Shown here: positions 9,143 through 18,597 of the stretch, piece by piece
Position numbering within the stretch: position 1 is the first letter of the stretch
How the letters are laid out: each line of letters starts with the position of its first letter
From: Planktothrix sp. FACHB-1365
GTDB lineage: Bacteria; Cyanobacteriota; Cyanobacteriia; Cyanobacteriales; Microcoleaceae
Direction of reading: 5' to 3'
Length of the DNA stretch: 29,074 bases
Assembly (NCBI RefSeq): GCF_014697575.1
Contig: NZ_JACJSC010000008.1
Location: 1 to 29,074, forward strand
Made by a program: the position numbers and the translations under genes
Notes under the pieces: model-generated
Databases searched by the model: none
The model's input: only the letters and a program-made list of their open reading frames with translations
What the model was told of the DNA's origin: nothing

Positions 9143-10535
9143 ATTTTTCTCTTAATGTATAGCGAAAATAACGGGCTGTAAAAGAGTGTAAAGATACTTG
9201 TTTACTTAATCCTGAACTGACATCTACTAGAGATAATCTAACTAAAATGCTCAAGGCATGATCAACTTCATTTTTTGATAATTGATCAGTAAGATCATAC
9301 AATAACCTCACCGGAACGGGTTGATTACGAGCCGCAAGATTAATTAATAAATATTGAGTCAAAACAGCATTTAAATTACAAAGTTCTTGCCAACTATCTT
9401 CAAAAAGATAATCATACAATGCTTGTCCTTCTGGTACATTCTCAAAGCGTTCAACAATGCGATCTAAATCCAAATTTTTCAATTGACTGACCAAAAGCTT
9501 CATCGCTAAAGGCATTCCATCAGTAATCTTTAAAATTTTTTCCATTTCAGCTTCTGTAGCTTGAAGAATAGGATTTTGACTAACCGGATATTTTTCTTTT
9601 GAAATGACTTGGATAAATTCACGCGATACATCACGATTTAATTTACCAAGTCTATATTCAAAAATATCACTCTCTGTTCCCTTCCTACTGGTTAAAATCA
9701 AGGTACTTTGCCCTAATAAACCCCGTAGTTCGTTAGCTAATTCTTTAGGACTTTCTGTGTCTTCTAAACCATCAATAACTATGAGAGTTTGTGTGTTATT
9801 TAAAACCTTTCTAATTTCCGTTTTACACTTTTCAATATCTTGTAATACGAAATGAGGTAATTTGAGTTCACTCCCAATGTCTTTAATAGCATCTTCTAAG
9901 GTTAAACGAGAATCTCTTGAGCTAGAATTAGGTTCATTTTTTTCAGGATAATATTGATATACTTTTGCTCTAACCCAAGCAATTTTTGAGAATAATTTAG
10001 CATGATAAGCTTGGGATACTAATTGATGACATAGAGCAGTTTTTCCTAAACCACCGATACCCAGTATCCCAATTATCCCTAAAACTTTATTTTTTTGTTC
10101 AGATTCTAGGTATTTTAAGAGTTCTTCTATTTCAGGATTTCGTCCTACAAATTGACCATAAGTTCTTTCTTTTTGCCAAGTTTCTTCACTATACTTTTTA
10201 GGATTATTATCAAAAGTATTGGTCTGCTGATAGCCTTTACAATTTCGTTCAATAGCTGCTTTAAAATTCCTTTTAGTTACTTCTTCTCCTAATGCTTTTG
10301 AAAGTTTATCCCAAAATTTATTTCCTACATCTTTTTGAAGATAGTTTTGACTATAATCATGGCTTTCGGCTATTTCATTGTAAGTTTTTTTCTGCCAAGA
10401 TTCTCTAAAAATAATTGTCTCAATATCACTAAGTTTCTCTCCAAATTTTTCATAAAAACATCTGTTGGCTACTTCTAAAGCTTCATCTTCACTTAAGTTA
10501 CTGAATTGCTCTGTCATAAGATTAAACACCCTCAC
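9123..10535 (-). CDS. STAND NTPase: N-terminal HTH domain plus NB-ARC ATPase, with no C-terminal repeat domain
   Basis: Walker A is GILGIGGLGKTAL. Walker B is LIVIDGLED. The N-terminal HTH-like segment is ETIIFRESWQKKTYNEIAESHDYSQNYLQKDVGNKFWDKL, a sigma region-4/LuxR-like pattern. The track start is GTG at 10535. The ATG at about 10517 (MTEQFSNL) with an upstream GAGGG is a likelier start. Confidence 0.8.
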   Translation of the reverse strand: MRVFNLMTEQFSNLSEDEALEVANRCFYEKFGEKLSDIETIIFRESWQKKTYNEIAESHDYSQNYLQKDVGNKFWDKLSKALGEEVTKRNFKAAIERNCKGYQQTNTFDNNPKKYSEETWQKERTYGQFVGRNPEIEELLKYLESEQKNKVLGIIGILGIGGLGKTALCHQLVSQAYHAKLFSKIAWVRAKVYQYYPEKNEPNSSSRDSRLTLEDAIKDIGSELKLPHFVLQDIEKCKTEIRKVLNNTQTLIVIDGLEDTESPKELANELRGLLGQSTLILTSRKGTESDIFEYRLGKLNRDVSREFIQVISKEKYPVSQNPILQATEAEMEKILKITDGMPLAMKLLVSQLKNLDLDRIVERFENVPEGQALYDYLFEDSWQELCNLNAVLTQYLLINLAARNQPVPVRLLYDLTDQLSKNEVDHALSILVRLSLVDVSSGLSKQVSLHSFTARYFRYTLREKYEQLAK

Positions 10536-10594
10536 CTGACTTAACCTGACTTAACCTGACTTCAATTATATCAGATGTTCAAAGCCCTGACTTC
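10535..10594. repeat. Tandem 10-mer direct repeats CCTGACTT(A/C)A, three in tandem plus one spaced copy, at the 5' end of the HTH-NB-ARC gene
   Basis: cctgacttaa occurs at 10535-10544 and again at 10545-10554. cctgacttca occurs at 10555-10564 and again at 10585-10594. On the coding (minus) strand the array lies directly upstream of, and abutting, the start codon. Confidence 0.8.
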
Positions 10595-10792
10595 AACTGT
10601 ATCGACTGTTTTAACAAGCTAAGAGAGCATAGGGTTATAGGTTTAAGAGTTCAGTTTTAGTTCATTTTATTTCGCAAAGTAGATTGAACAAACTGAGCGA
10701 TCAAACCCTTCATTATCAAGCATTCTGGAAATATAAGAGTAAGCAGAGTTGGCCGACGAGCTTCTCATCCCATTATTGAGAGGTAATCTGTG

Positions 10793-10969
10793 ATGAAACG
10801 TCTTTCTTTGACTCAAATTTTACTCATTGTGAGTTTAATGGTTCATACTGTAAGATTCATCAATGATATTTTGCCTTATAATCAACCTGCTTTTGCTTCT
10901 CCAGATCCTTTGGAAGTTAAGGTTAATCATAATTGTCCAGATGGTAATACAGGAGACACAAAGTAGTTT
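10793..10969 (+). CDS. Possible small secreted peptide (58 aa), speculative
   Basis: It starts at an ATG (a GTG lies 3 nt upstream) preceded by GAGAGG. The translation is MKRLSLTQILLIVSLMVHTVRFINDILPYNQPAFASPDPLEVKVNHNCPDGNTGDTK. The N-terminus is signal-peptide-like. It falls below the 60-aa ORF-track cutoff and sits in an otherwise empty 490-bp gap between minus-strand genes. Confidence 0.2.
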
Positions 10970-11027
10970 GTAATTCTAACTAGATTTGCCTAGATTATAG
11001 GCAGTCTAGTTGGGTTTTATAAAATCA

Positions 11028-12602
11028 TCATTGTTTAACTTTCTGCTTTGCTAATTCTTGCCATTCTTTGATTTCTGGCTGATTATCTGGAGCAGAATAA
11101 GTTAAACATTTTTGCCATTCTTCCTGTGCTGATTCTTGTTCAGCTTCTAATACTTGTGCCATTAAACAGTAAGGGGGTGCTAGATTTAAGTTGAAGTCAA
11201 TAGCTCGTTTTAGAGATTGTTTAGCTGCTGATAATTGTCCTAATTTTAATTGTGACCAGCCTAAATTTTTATAGAGATCATGTTTGGTTTTAATCTCAGA
11301 ATTAGGATTAATTTTTAAACTGCTTTCAATTAAAGTAATAGCTTGATCATAATTACCTGTTAAAATTTGTAAACGGGCTAAATTATTGTAAGATTTATCA
11401 AAATTGGCTATATCAATTGCTTTTTGATATTCATTTTTGGCTAAACCGAATTGTTCTTGATTCTCATAAAGTAATCCTAAGTTATAATGAACCTTAAAAA
11501 ATTTATTATTAAAAAATAAGGCGAAACGATATTGCCAAAAAGCACTGTTATAATTGGATTGCTCAAATGCTTCTAAACCACTATCATTAAGTTGTCTAGC
11601 AATTTGAGGTGATAATAAAGATAAAATTAGAGAGGTTACAACTAAAAAGGTAGCAGTAGGAATTGTATTTAATAAAAATTTTTGTTTTTGAATTAAAAAG
11701 AAATAATGCCAATAATTTTGATGTTTTATCACCTCTAAAATTTGATTAATATTTTCGTTTTTTTCTTGTTCTATCGCATCTAAATATTGTAAAATAATTG
11801 ATGTATTCTGAGGACGTTTACCTGGATATTTGTCGATCATATAATTAATTAAATTAGCTAAATCCTGAAATTCGCTTTTTAAGCAATTTTGCCATTTTTT
11901 ATTTGTATTTCCTGATTCTTCTGGCAGATTTCCAGTCAATAAATGCACTAAAGTTCGCCCGAGTGCAAAAAAATCTGATTGAGGAAAACACAGACCTTCA
12001 AATTGTTGTTCTGGAGGTGTATATGAGATAGAACAAATTTGTGTATCAAATTCACTTGTACCCATTTTAATTAAATAAGTTGCGGTAATTTGTCTAACAG
12101 CACCAAAATCAATTAAAACCAAACTTCCATCGGACTTTAAGATAATATTTTCTGGTTTAATATCTCGGTGGATAAAGTTTTCTTGATGAAGTAATGCTAG
12201 AATTTCTGTCAATTGTTTTAACCAATTAATGGCTAATTTTAGCTCGGTAATTTTTTGATTTTTTTCTAACCAATTCTTTAAATTTTCTCCGGTAATTTTT
12301 TCCATTACTAAACAATGTAATGGCTTTAAATAACCTTCTGGGATAATAGTAAAGTAATCATATCCTTTAGGAATACCAGGATGAGCTAATTTTTGTAATA
12401 CTTTTGCTTCTTGTTGAAACAGAGAAATGATTTTATTTTGATCTTTTTCTGGATAATATTGAAATTCGTTCTGGAGGAGTATTTTTAATACTTTATGTTC
12501 TTGCTCTTGGAGATCATAGACTTCCCACACTTCTCCAAATCCTCCTCTTCCTAGAAGACAGATCACCTGATATCTATCATTAATTATTTTTCCTACTTCC
12601 AT
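11028..12602 (-). CDS. Hanks-type Ser/Thr protein kinase with one transmembrane helix and a C-terminal TPR domain
   Basis: Kinase motifs are GRGGFGEV (Gly loop), VLKIL (Lys), HRDIKPENIIL, IDFGAV and YTPPEQ. A TM segment, FLVVTSLILSLLSPQIA, lies at about aa 305-325. TPR repeats fill the C-terminal ~190 aa. The start overlaps the upstream NB-ARC gene by 23 nt. Confidence 0.85.
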   Translation of the reverse strand: MEVGKIINDRYQVICLLGRGGFGEVWEVYDLQEQEHKVLKILLQNEFQYYPEKDQNKIISLFQQEAKVLQKLAHPGIPKGYDYFTIIPEGYLKPLHCLVMEKITGENLKNWLEKNQKITELKLAINWLKQLTEILALLHQENFIHRDIKPENIILKSDGSLVLIDFGAVRQITATYLIKMGTSEFDTQICSISYTPPEQQFEGLCFPQSDFFALGRTLVHLLTGNLPEESGNTNKKWQNCLKSEFQDLANLINYMIDKYPGKRPQNTSIILQYLDAIEQEKNENINQILEVIKHQNYWHYFFLIQKQKFLLNTIPTATFLVVTSLILSLLSPQIARQLNDSGLEAFEQSNYNSAFWQYRFALFFNNKFFKVHYNLGLLYENQEQFGLAKNEYQKAIDIANFDKSYNNLARLQILTGNYDQAITLIESSLKINPNSEIKTKHDLYKNLGWSQLKLGQLSAAKQSLKRAIDFNLNLAPPYCLMAQVLEAEQESAQEEWQKCLTYSAPDNQPEIKEWQELAKQKVKQ

Positions 12603-14352
12603 GATTAATCACACTGAATAAATGCTTAATATTTCTCTGAAAATATCCTAACCCTGAATTTGAATCCAGTTGTAATAATAAATCTTTTAATTGAGTATAT
12701 AAATCTTCAGAACCGTTTAAATTAACAAGTTTGTCTATAATTTGGTTTGATAGTTTAGGATTAATTAAGTTATTATGAGAATTAGGATAAACTAAAGGAT
12801 GAGTTTTTAAGAATCCTATATTTTGCCAATTTTGGGTTTTGATCACTGCTATCATATTAGCGCAAAACTTTTCTATAAATAAATTACTAACATATTTCTT
12901 AATAAATGGAGGTAGGCTATAAGTTATTTCTATATTATTAGCATCTTGAGTTAAGAGCGGTCGCCGTTTGAGCGATTTCATTGTATTAAAAATCTCTGTC
13001 CCTGATAAATGGCGATCAAAAACTTGTTTTAACTGTTCTTGGGACAAACTTTCAGTAACAATAGCCAGGAAATAAATAATATCTACTTCCTGTGCTGATA
13101 GTTTGGTAAATACCGGGATAATATAGTTACTAATGACATCACTTACTAGGAGTGAACTTTGTTTAAAATATTGTAAAATATTTCCATTAAATTCTTGTTT
13201 AATATCCTGTGCTACCAGGTTAAGAACTCCAGGGTGATAACTATAACGTCTGATTAAATTAGTTAAAACTTGAGAATCTTTTCCAAATCCTTGCTGTTCA
13301 AAAATCTGGAGAGCAGAGACTGGATCTAACCCCTTTAAATCCCAGGAATAAACAGGCATTTGTTGAGATAATAACATTTCAAATTGTATCGGTTTTTCTT
13401 GACTTATAAAAAGCCCACAACTTTGATGAGATGTTTTAGCGATTTGGCTTAATAACTTTCCATACTCTTCATATTCCGGGCGGTAATAACCTGCTAAATT
13501 TTCTGATTGTAAAAGTTCTTCCCAATTGTCTAATATGAGTAAACAACGATGATTACGAAAATAATCAATAATGGGTTTTATATCTCCTGTAAAATTTGTA
13601 GGTTGTTCGGTTAAATCATGCCAAAATAAAGAAAAAGGCTTAGGATTAGATAAAGTTTTATAAATAATACATTCAAACTGATCTGTGATTTGCTCTAAAA
13701 GATTTACGATGAAAGTTGTTTTACCAATTCCAGCCATTCCCGATAGTAGAATAACTTTTGTTTGTTTATTACTCAGCCATTCCAATAACTGATTTAACTC
13801 AGTTTTTCTTCCATAAAATATAGGCTGATGGGGAAGTTCATCTAAATTAGATTTTAATAAAAAGTGATCAGGCTGTTGGGATTCATTCTGAATTATTTTT
13901 TGCCAATCTAAATCAAGAATAGAACAATAAATTTTAAAAGCATTTACGTTAACTGGATATATTTTTTTATGAGAAGCAAACCGACTCCAAGTTCCCCAAG
14001 AAATATTTTGAACATAAATTTCCCCAGAATCAATCAATGTTTTGATTTTCTCTAAAAAAGTAAATTTATTATTTTTTAGAATTTCCCACTTGATTTTATC
14101 TAATTTTTCCTGTTTTTGTTCTTGAGTTTGGCGTTTATCTCTTTCAACTCGAAAAATTTGTTCAAACTCTTTCAACCACCGAGGGTCATTATCACTTAGC
14201 TGATGCTTTTGTTGATATTCCTCAATGTACCTATAACAAGCAATAACCAAAGGCCTAGTATCCTGTTCGCTGACTTTCCATTTTCTATTTGCGATCGCAG
14301 TTTGAATCTTTTGATGCCCTTCTTTCGATGCTGTAAAGGTTTGACCTACCAT
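12580..14352 (-). CDS. STAND NTPase: Xre-like HTH N-terminus plus NB-ARC ATPase, co-transcribed with the Ser/Thr kinase
   Basis: Walker A is LSGMAGIGKTTF. Walker B is CLLILDNWEEL. The N-terminal HTH-like block WGTWSRFASHKKIYPVNVNAFKIYCSILDLDWQKI is paralogous to the one in the 15835 gene. The 590-aa product has no TPR or WD40 C-terminus. Confidence 0.8.
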   Translation of the reverse strand: MVGQTFTASKEGHQKIQTAIANRKWKVSEQDTRPLVIACYRYIEEYQQKHQLSDNDPRWLKEFEQIFRVERDKRQTQEQKQEKLDKIKWEILKNNKFTFLEKIKTLIDSGEIYVQNISWGTWSRFASHKKIYPVNVNAFKIYCSILDLDWQKIIQNESQQPDHFLLKSNLDELPHQPIFYGRKTELNQLLEWLSNKQTKVILLSGMAGIGKTTFIVNLLEQITDQFECIIYKTLSNPKPFSLFWHDLTEQPTNFTGDIKPIIDYFRNHRCLLILDNWEELLQSENLAGYYRPEYEEYGKLLSQIAKTSHQSCGLFISQEKPIQFEMLLSQQMPVYSWDLKGLDPVSALQIFEQQGFGKDSQVLTNLIRRYSYHPGVLNLVAQDIKQEFNGNILQYFKQSSLLVSDVISNYIIPVFTKLSAQEVDIIYFLAIVTESLSQEQLKQVFDRHLSGTEIFNTMKSLKRRPLLTQDANNIEITYSLPPFIKKYVSNLFIEKFCANMIAVIKTQNWQNIGFLKTHPLVYPNSHNNLINPKLSNQIIDKLVNLNGSEDLYTQLKDLLLQLDSNSGLGYFQRNIKHLFSVINHGSRKNN

Positions 14353-14541
14353 ACCTAGTTTTAATTAATTGTCAAGATCAGTTGAGATCAGGAATAAGCC
14401 GATCTTAACAGATATGACAGCTTAAATCATCTCTTGGAATAATTAAGGTGTAGTGAAGCGAGAAACCTTTCTTGTCGAGGAAAGAAAGTTAAGCCTTTTC
14501 CCAATTCATTCAACCTCAATACGATAATAGGAGAAAAATTT

Positions 14542-15687
14542 ATGCCTTTGCCTACAACAGATAACGAATGGGATCGTCAAAGTGGCGATGATATTTTATT
14601 TGATGGTAATTCATCAAATGGAGAAAGTTCAGCCGAGGTTAAGCAAGTCTTCAGTAATTTATCTACTACAGTCTTGGGGCAGCAGTACCGTATGAGTGCT
14701 GGTTATGCTTATGACCAAAGTTATAAGAGCGGTTATGGCACTTGGCACGCAGGAGTTGATATCGCTGCACCACTTGGAACTCCGGTAAGAACAGCCGTTG
14801 GTGGTACAGTTATCGAACTGCAAAGAACTCCTCAATCCACTAACCGTTTTGTGGGTGTTCAAGGAGATGATGGTCATCTGTGGGTTTATGGTCATTTACA
14901 AAGTCTGCAAGTTCCCATCGGTGGTCGAGTTAATGCTGGACAGCAACTCGCTAGTATAGGTAATCCCGCAGCACCCCATCTGCATCTTGAAGTCCAACCC
15001 AACCGTCGCACTTATACAGTTACTAACGGCGCACACTGGGATCAAAACTTTGTTTTAAACAATACCATGAGTCCCTTACAAGCCTTTCATCGGGCTCGTG
15101 GTGGTGGAACAACTCCACCTCCAGGGGGAACTCCTACATCTGGCAACGATAATATTACTGGTGGTGCGGGTAACGACAATATCAATAGTTTAGCTGGAAA
15201 TGACACTGTATCAGGAGCCGCAGGAAATGATACCCTAAATGGTAATAGTGGTAACGATCAACTATTTGGCAATGATGGGAATGATTCATTACTAGGTTGG
15301 ACAGGAAACGATACCGTAACGGGTGGTAATGGCAACGATGTCTTGGATGCCTTTTATTACAGTGGTCTTAGTGGTAATGGAGAGATTGATTACTTAAGGG
15401 GAGATGCAGGTGTAGATACCTTTGTTATTGGTGATTCTTACGGCAAAGGTTACTTAGGAAATAGTTATGCTGTCATTGAAGATTTCAACTGGCGGGATGA
15501 CTATATCAAAATCCAAGGTAGTTTAAGTCAATATGCCCTTAAGCCCGGCAATCTTTACGGCTATTCTGCTAATGATACTGCAATTGTTTTAAGCAGTAAT
15601 AATAGTGAAGTATTAGCGATCGCTCGTAACGTATCCACAGCTAATAGTACAATTCGTTATTCTTCATCTGATTTTCTTTCGGCTTAA
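14542..15687 (+). CDS. Secreted M23-family metallopeptidase with C-terminal RTX (hemolysin-type) calcium-binding repeats; probable T1SS substrate
   Basis: M23 motifs are HAGVD and HLHLE. Seven GGXGXD-type nonapeptide repeats are present (GGAGNDNIN...GGNGNDVLD). There is no N-terminal signal peptide, which fits C-terminal type I secretion. Confidence 0.85.
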   Translation: MPLPTTDNEWDRQSGDDILFDGNSSNGESSAEVKQVFSNLSTTVLGQQYRMSAGYAYDQSYKSGYGTWHAGVDIAAPLGTPVRTAVGGTVIELQRTPQSTNRFVGVQGDDGHLWVYGHLQSLQVPIGGRVNAGQQLASIGNPAAPHLHLEVQPNRRTYTVTNGAHWDQNFVLNNTMSPLQAFHRARGGGTTPPPGGTPTSGNDNITGGAGNDNINSLAGNDTVSGAAGNDTLNGNSGNDQLFGNDGNDSLLGWTGNDTVTGGNGNDVLDAFYYSGLSGNGEIDYLRGDAGVDTFVIGDSYGKGYLGNSYAVIEDFNWRDDYIKIQGSLSQYALKPGNLYGYSANDTAIVLSSNNSEVLAIARNVSTANSTIRYSSSDFLSA

Positions 15688-15699
15688 TTCTATTTCTAT

Positions 15700-15740
15700 G
15701 GGGTGAATGATTTTTTATCAATCATCTCACCCCATTTCTA
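15700..15740 (+). terminator. Hairpin terminator candidate downstream of the M23-RTX gene
   Basis: GGGGTGAATGATT pairs with AATCATCTCACCCC as a ~13-bp stem with one bulge. The loop is TTTTATC. A weak T tract follows. Confidence 0.4.
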
Positions 15741-15834
15741 AAAGCAACCTATGATTTGAGATAATTTTCCCCAAATGTATTAAAATCTGATTATTAAAGC
15801 TAATAACCCTAAGAAATCAATTACTCCTATTATA

Positions 15835-17238
15835 ATGTCAGTTAGTCTTAGAGCCTCACAATCAGGCCGAGCATCCATCGAGCAAGCCCGCAAAAAGAAA
15901 GGCTGGTCAGCTAATTCTTCAATGTGGTGTAGCTACGTTCCTACATCACCAGCTACCTTAAAACGATTTCGAGAAGGAAAAGCCATTAACCAAGAGGTTT
16001 TCCTTAAACTCTGTGAAGCCGTTAGCGTGAATTGGGAAGAAGTTGTAGAAACAGATTTATCAACATCTTCTCAACCTGAACAAGTTCCCGAATTTTCTCA
16101 ATTTGATCAATCTTGGGTTGGTCGAGAACAACTCCTCACCGAATTAAAACAGAAAATAGAAGGTTCTTGTCGAGTTTTAATTATTACAGGAATTACAGGG
16201 ATTGGCAAAACCGCCCTAGCTGAAAAATTAGTCTTTGATTTACGGAAAGATTGGTTAAAAGATGACTGGACAAAATTTCATTCAGAGAATTTTGATAATC
16301 AAAACCAAGCCTCAGATTTTGCTAGTGTTGCGGTTCGTTGGTTAGAAAAATGGGGACAGATTGTTACCTTAGAAGATCGTAAAAATCCAGAACAAATCCT
16401 CCATCGCTTAGTCAATTTTTTGATCAATCATCGTTATCTGATTGTGATGGATTCCCTGGAATTGATTATGAAAGGAAATGAAGACGAGGGTTGGAGTGAT
16501 TTTGAAGATGAAGGGTGGGTTAAATTCTTTCACGCCTTATTAGCGAGTTCTATTTGTCAAAGTCGTTTGATTCTCACAACTCAAGAATTACCCGGACAAA
16601 TGCCTTCTCGCTATAAAAATTTCTGGGATTCTAAACGTTTAAGTGGACTTGAACCACCGGAACAATTAGCATTATTTGAAAAGACGGGATTAGAGATTGA
16701 TTTATCTTCCGATTATTCTCCCTATTTAGAACGGATTGGTCAGGCTTATGAAGGTCATCCTTTAGCCTTACGAGTCATTTCTGGTGAAATCGGTGATCAA
16801 CCCTTTTTTGGTAATGTTATCGCTTATTGGAATAAACATGGTAATGAAATTGAAGCAGTGGAAAAAGCGATCGCAGAAGCTAAAGAACAAGGTATAATTC
16901 AAGGTGCAAATGACCAATGGAAATTAGACCGATATACTGGGAATCTAAAACAGAGAGTGCGTTATCGACTAGAAATCACCTTTAGTCGTTTAGAGAAAGA
17001 TGCCTTTAATGCTTATCTTTTACTCTGTTCTGCATCCATCTATCGCTGCGCTGTTACTCCTGATTATTGGTTAAGTTTACTAGAAGATGATTGTGAAGAA
17101 GAAGAACAGAAAATTGCTTTAGAAACTTTGCGTGATCGCTATCTTCTTGAAGAAAGTATCGAAAACTATCAATATGTAATTAGACAGCATAATTTAATTC
17201 GTAGTGTCGCCCTAGAATATCTGAAAAACATGGATTAA
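15835..17238 (+). CDS. STAND NTPase: Xre-like HTH N-terminus plus NB-ARC ATPase
   Basis: The HTH-like block is SPATLKRFREGKAINQEVFLKLCEAVSVNWEEV. Walker A is ITGITGIGKTALA. Walker B is YLIVMDSLE. The 467-aa product ends 5 nt before the TPR partner ORF. Confidence 0.8.
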   Translation: MSVSLRASQSGRASIEQARKKKGWSANSSMWCSYVPTSPATLKRFREGKAINQEVFLKLCEAVSVNWEEVVETDLSTSSQPEQVPEFSQFDQSWVGREQLLTELKQKIEGSCRVLIITGITGIGKTALAEKLVFDLRKDWLKDDWTKFHSENFDNQNQASDFASVAVRWLEKWGQIVTLEDRKNPEQILHRLVNFLINHRYLIVMDSLELIMKGNEDEGWSDFEDEGWVKFFHALLASSICQSRLILTTQELPGQMPSRYKNFWDSKRLSGLEPPEQLALFEKTGLEIDLSSDYSPYLERIGQAYEGHPLALRVISGEIGDQPFFGNVIAYWNKHGNEIEAVEKAIAEAKEQGIIQGANDQWKLDRYTGNLKQRVRYRLEITFSRLEKDAFNAYLLLCSASIYRCAVTPDYWLSLLEDDCEEEEQKIALETLRDRYLLEESIENYQYVIRQHNLIRSVALEYLKNMD

Positions 17239-17243
17239 CCCTG

Positions 17244-18578
17244 ATGATTCAACTCCCCAATCAAGCTCTATATCAAAACTCTATTGATTTGATTTTAGAA
17301 CAATTAAATATTGATTCTGCCTTTTTTAAAACCCTACCCCGTTTTCAACGGATGAATTATATAGCTACGGTCAGGTTTTTGAGGGGCTATAAAACTCATC
17401 CAGATGAACAATCTTCACAAAAAGTCAAAAATAGCTTAGAAGCTTTATACCACCTGTGTACAATTCCAGAATGGGTACTAACCGATTCTACTATAATCAC
17501 TATTTTTGAACTTCCTATTGCTATTAATCCTTCTACGACTAATCTATTACTCCCTTTATCTGAATATCTATTTTTCAAAGGTTCTTATCAAACTTTACTG
17601 GGGGTCACTCAAGAGATTATAGATTCATTAAAAACCAGTAGCAAAATTTTGAATGATATTTTACTTTTAAAAGCTATAACGTTAAGTAGCTTAAATCAAA
17701 ATCCGACACAGGTTTTTCAAATTCTTCAAGAAATTTCTGCTACATCCCATCCTCAATCCTTACAACATATAAAAGCAAATTGTCATTTAGCAATGTATCA
17801 AGTTTCCTTGGGAAATTATCAAGATGGAATCAGGAACTTGAAAAAATGGTTAGTGATTGTTGATGAAAATTTGAAGCATCAAAATCTAGCTCAATCAGAT
17901 TTTCAGCTTGATGATATTAAAACGGGAATGCTTGAGATTTTGGCTCATTATGAAATGAATGCGAGTCATTTTGATCAAGCTTTAGAAATTTACGATCAAG
18001 TTATTAACTTAAGGAAAAAACTGGGATTAATTCATCGAATAATTACTCCACAAGTGCATCAAGGCATTATTTTACGGAGAAAAAGACAATATGACCAAGG
18101 GATTAAAGTTTTGCAAAATGCTCAAGAAAAAGCTAAACAAATTAATTATATTCAAGCCGAGGTTTTTATTGCTCATCATCTCGCTTATATATATCTTAAC
18201 CAAGGAAATTTAATAGAAGCAAAAAAATTAGCAATAGTAGCTTTTGAAGGCTATAAAAAGGCCGAGAATTACCAAGGAATTTCTGATTGTTATGAACAAT
18301 TAGGTTTGATTAATCTGGCGGAAAATAAGTGTGAACAAGCTATCCAAAATTTTAAAATAGCCCTAGAAATGAGACAAGCTAGTTTGAATCGACATGGAAC
18401 AGCTAGTTGTTTATTGGATTTGGCTTTAGCTTATTGGCATAAAAAACAAATTATGAAATCTATTTTTTTCTTAATTAAAGGTTTACAATCCTATGCTCAA
18501 CTGGGAATTTTAAATAGAGTTCGATTCATGCGAATGCTAAAAATAGCTTATAGTTGGACTCTGGGTAAACAAAACTAA
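17244..18578 (+). CDS. TPR-repeat sensor-like protein, separate C-terminal partner of the HTH-NB-ARC NTPase
   Basis: The 444-aa helical repeat protein has TPR-like motifs (AxxYxxLG/AxxxF patterns). It starts 5 nt after the NB-ARC stop. Its length and position mirror the 7784-9142 gene. Confidence 0.7.
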   Translation: MIQLPNQALYQNSIDLILEQLNIDSAFFKTLPRFQRMNYIATVRFLRGYKTHPDEQSSQKVKNSLEALYHLCTIPEWVLTDSTIITIFELPIAINPSTTNLLLPLSEYLFFKGSYQTLLGVTQEIIDSLKTSSKILNDILLLKAITLSSLNQNPTQVFQILQEISATSHPQSLQHIKANCHLAMYQVSLGNYQDGIRNLKKWLVIVDENLKHQNLAQSDFQLDDIKTGMLEILAHYEMNASHFDQALEIYDQVINLRKKLGLIHRIITPQVHQGIILRRKRQYDQGIKVLQNAQEKAKQINYIQAEVFIAHHLAYIYLNQGNLIEAKKLAIVAFEGYKKAENYQGISDCYEQLGLINLAENKCEQAIQNFKIALEMRQASLNRHGTASCLLDLALAYWHKKQIMKSIFFLIKGLQSYAQLGILNRVRFMRMLKIAYSWTLGKQN

Positions 18579-18597
18579 AAAATATCAGAAAATAAAT

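Noticed and set aside
9604-9855. 83-aa + strand ORF
   Set aside because: It is antisense within the HTH-NB-ARC gene.
14659-14895. 78-aa minus-strand ORF
   Set aside because: It is antisense within the M23-RTX gene.
17396-17578. 60-aa minus-strand ORF
   Set aside because: It is antisense within the TPR gene.
7784-18578. Treating the NB-ARC/TPR splits as three simple frameshift pseudogenes
   Set aside because: It cannot be fully excluded without read data. However, the split recurs at the equivalent domain boundary in all three paralogues, each downstream ORF has its own start codon, and the partner types differ (TPR versus kinase-TPR). That fits genuine separate genes better.
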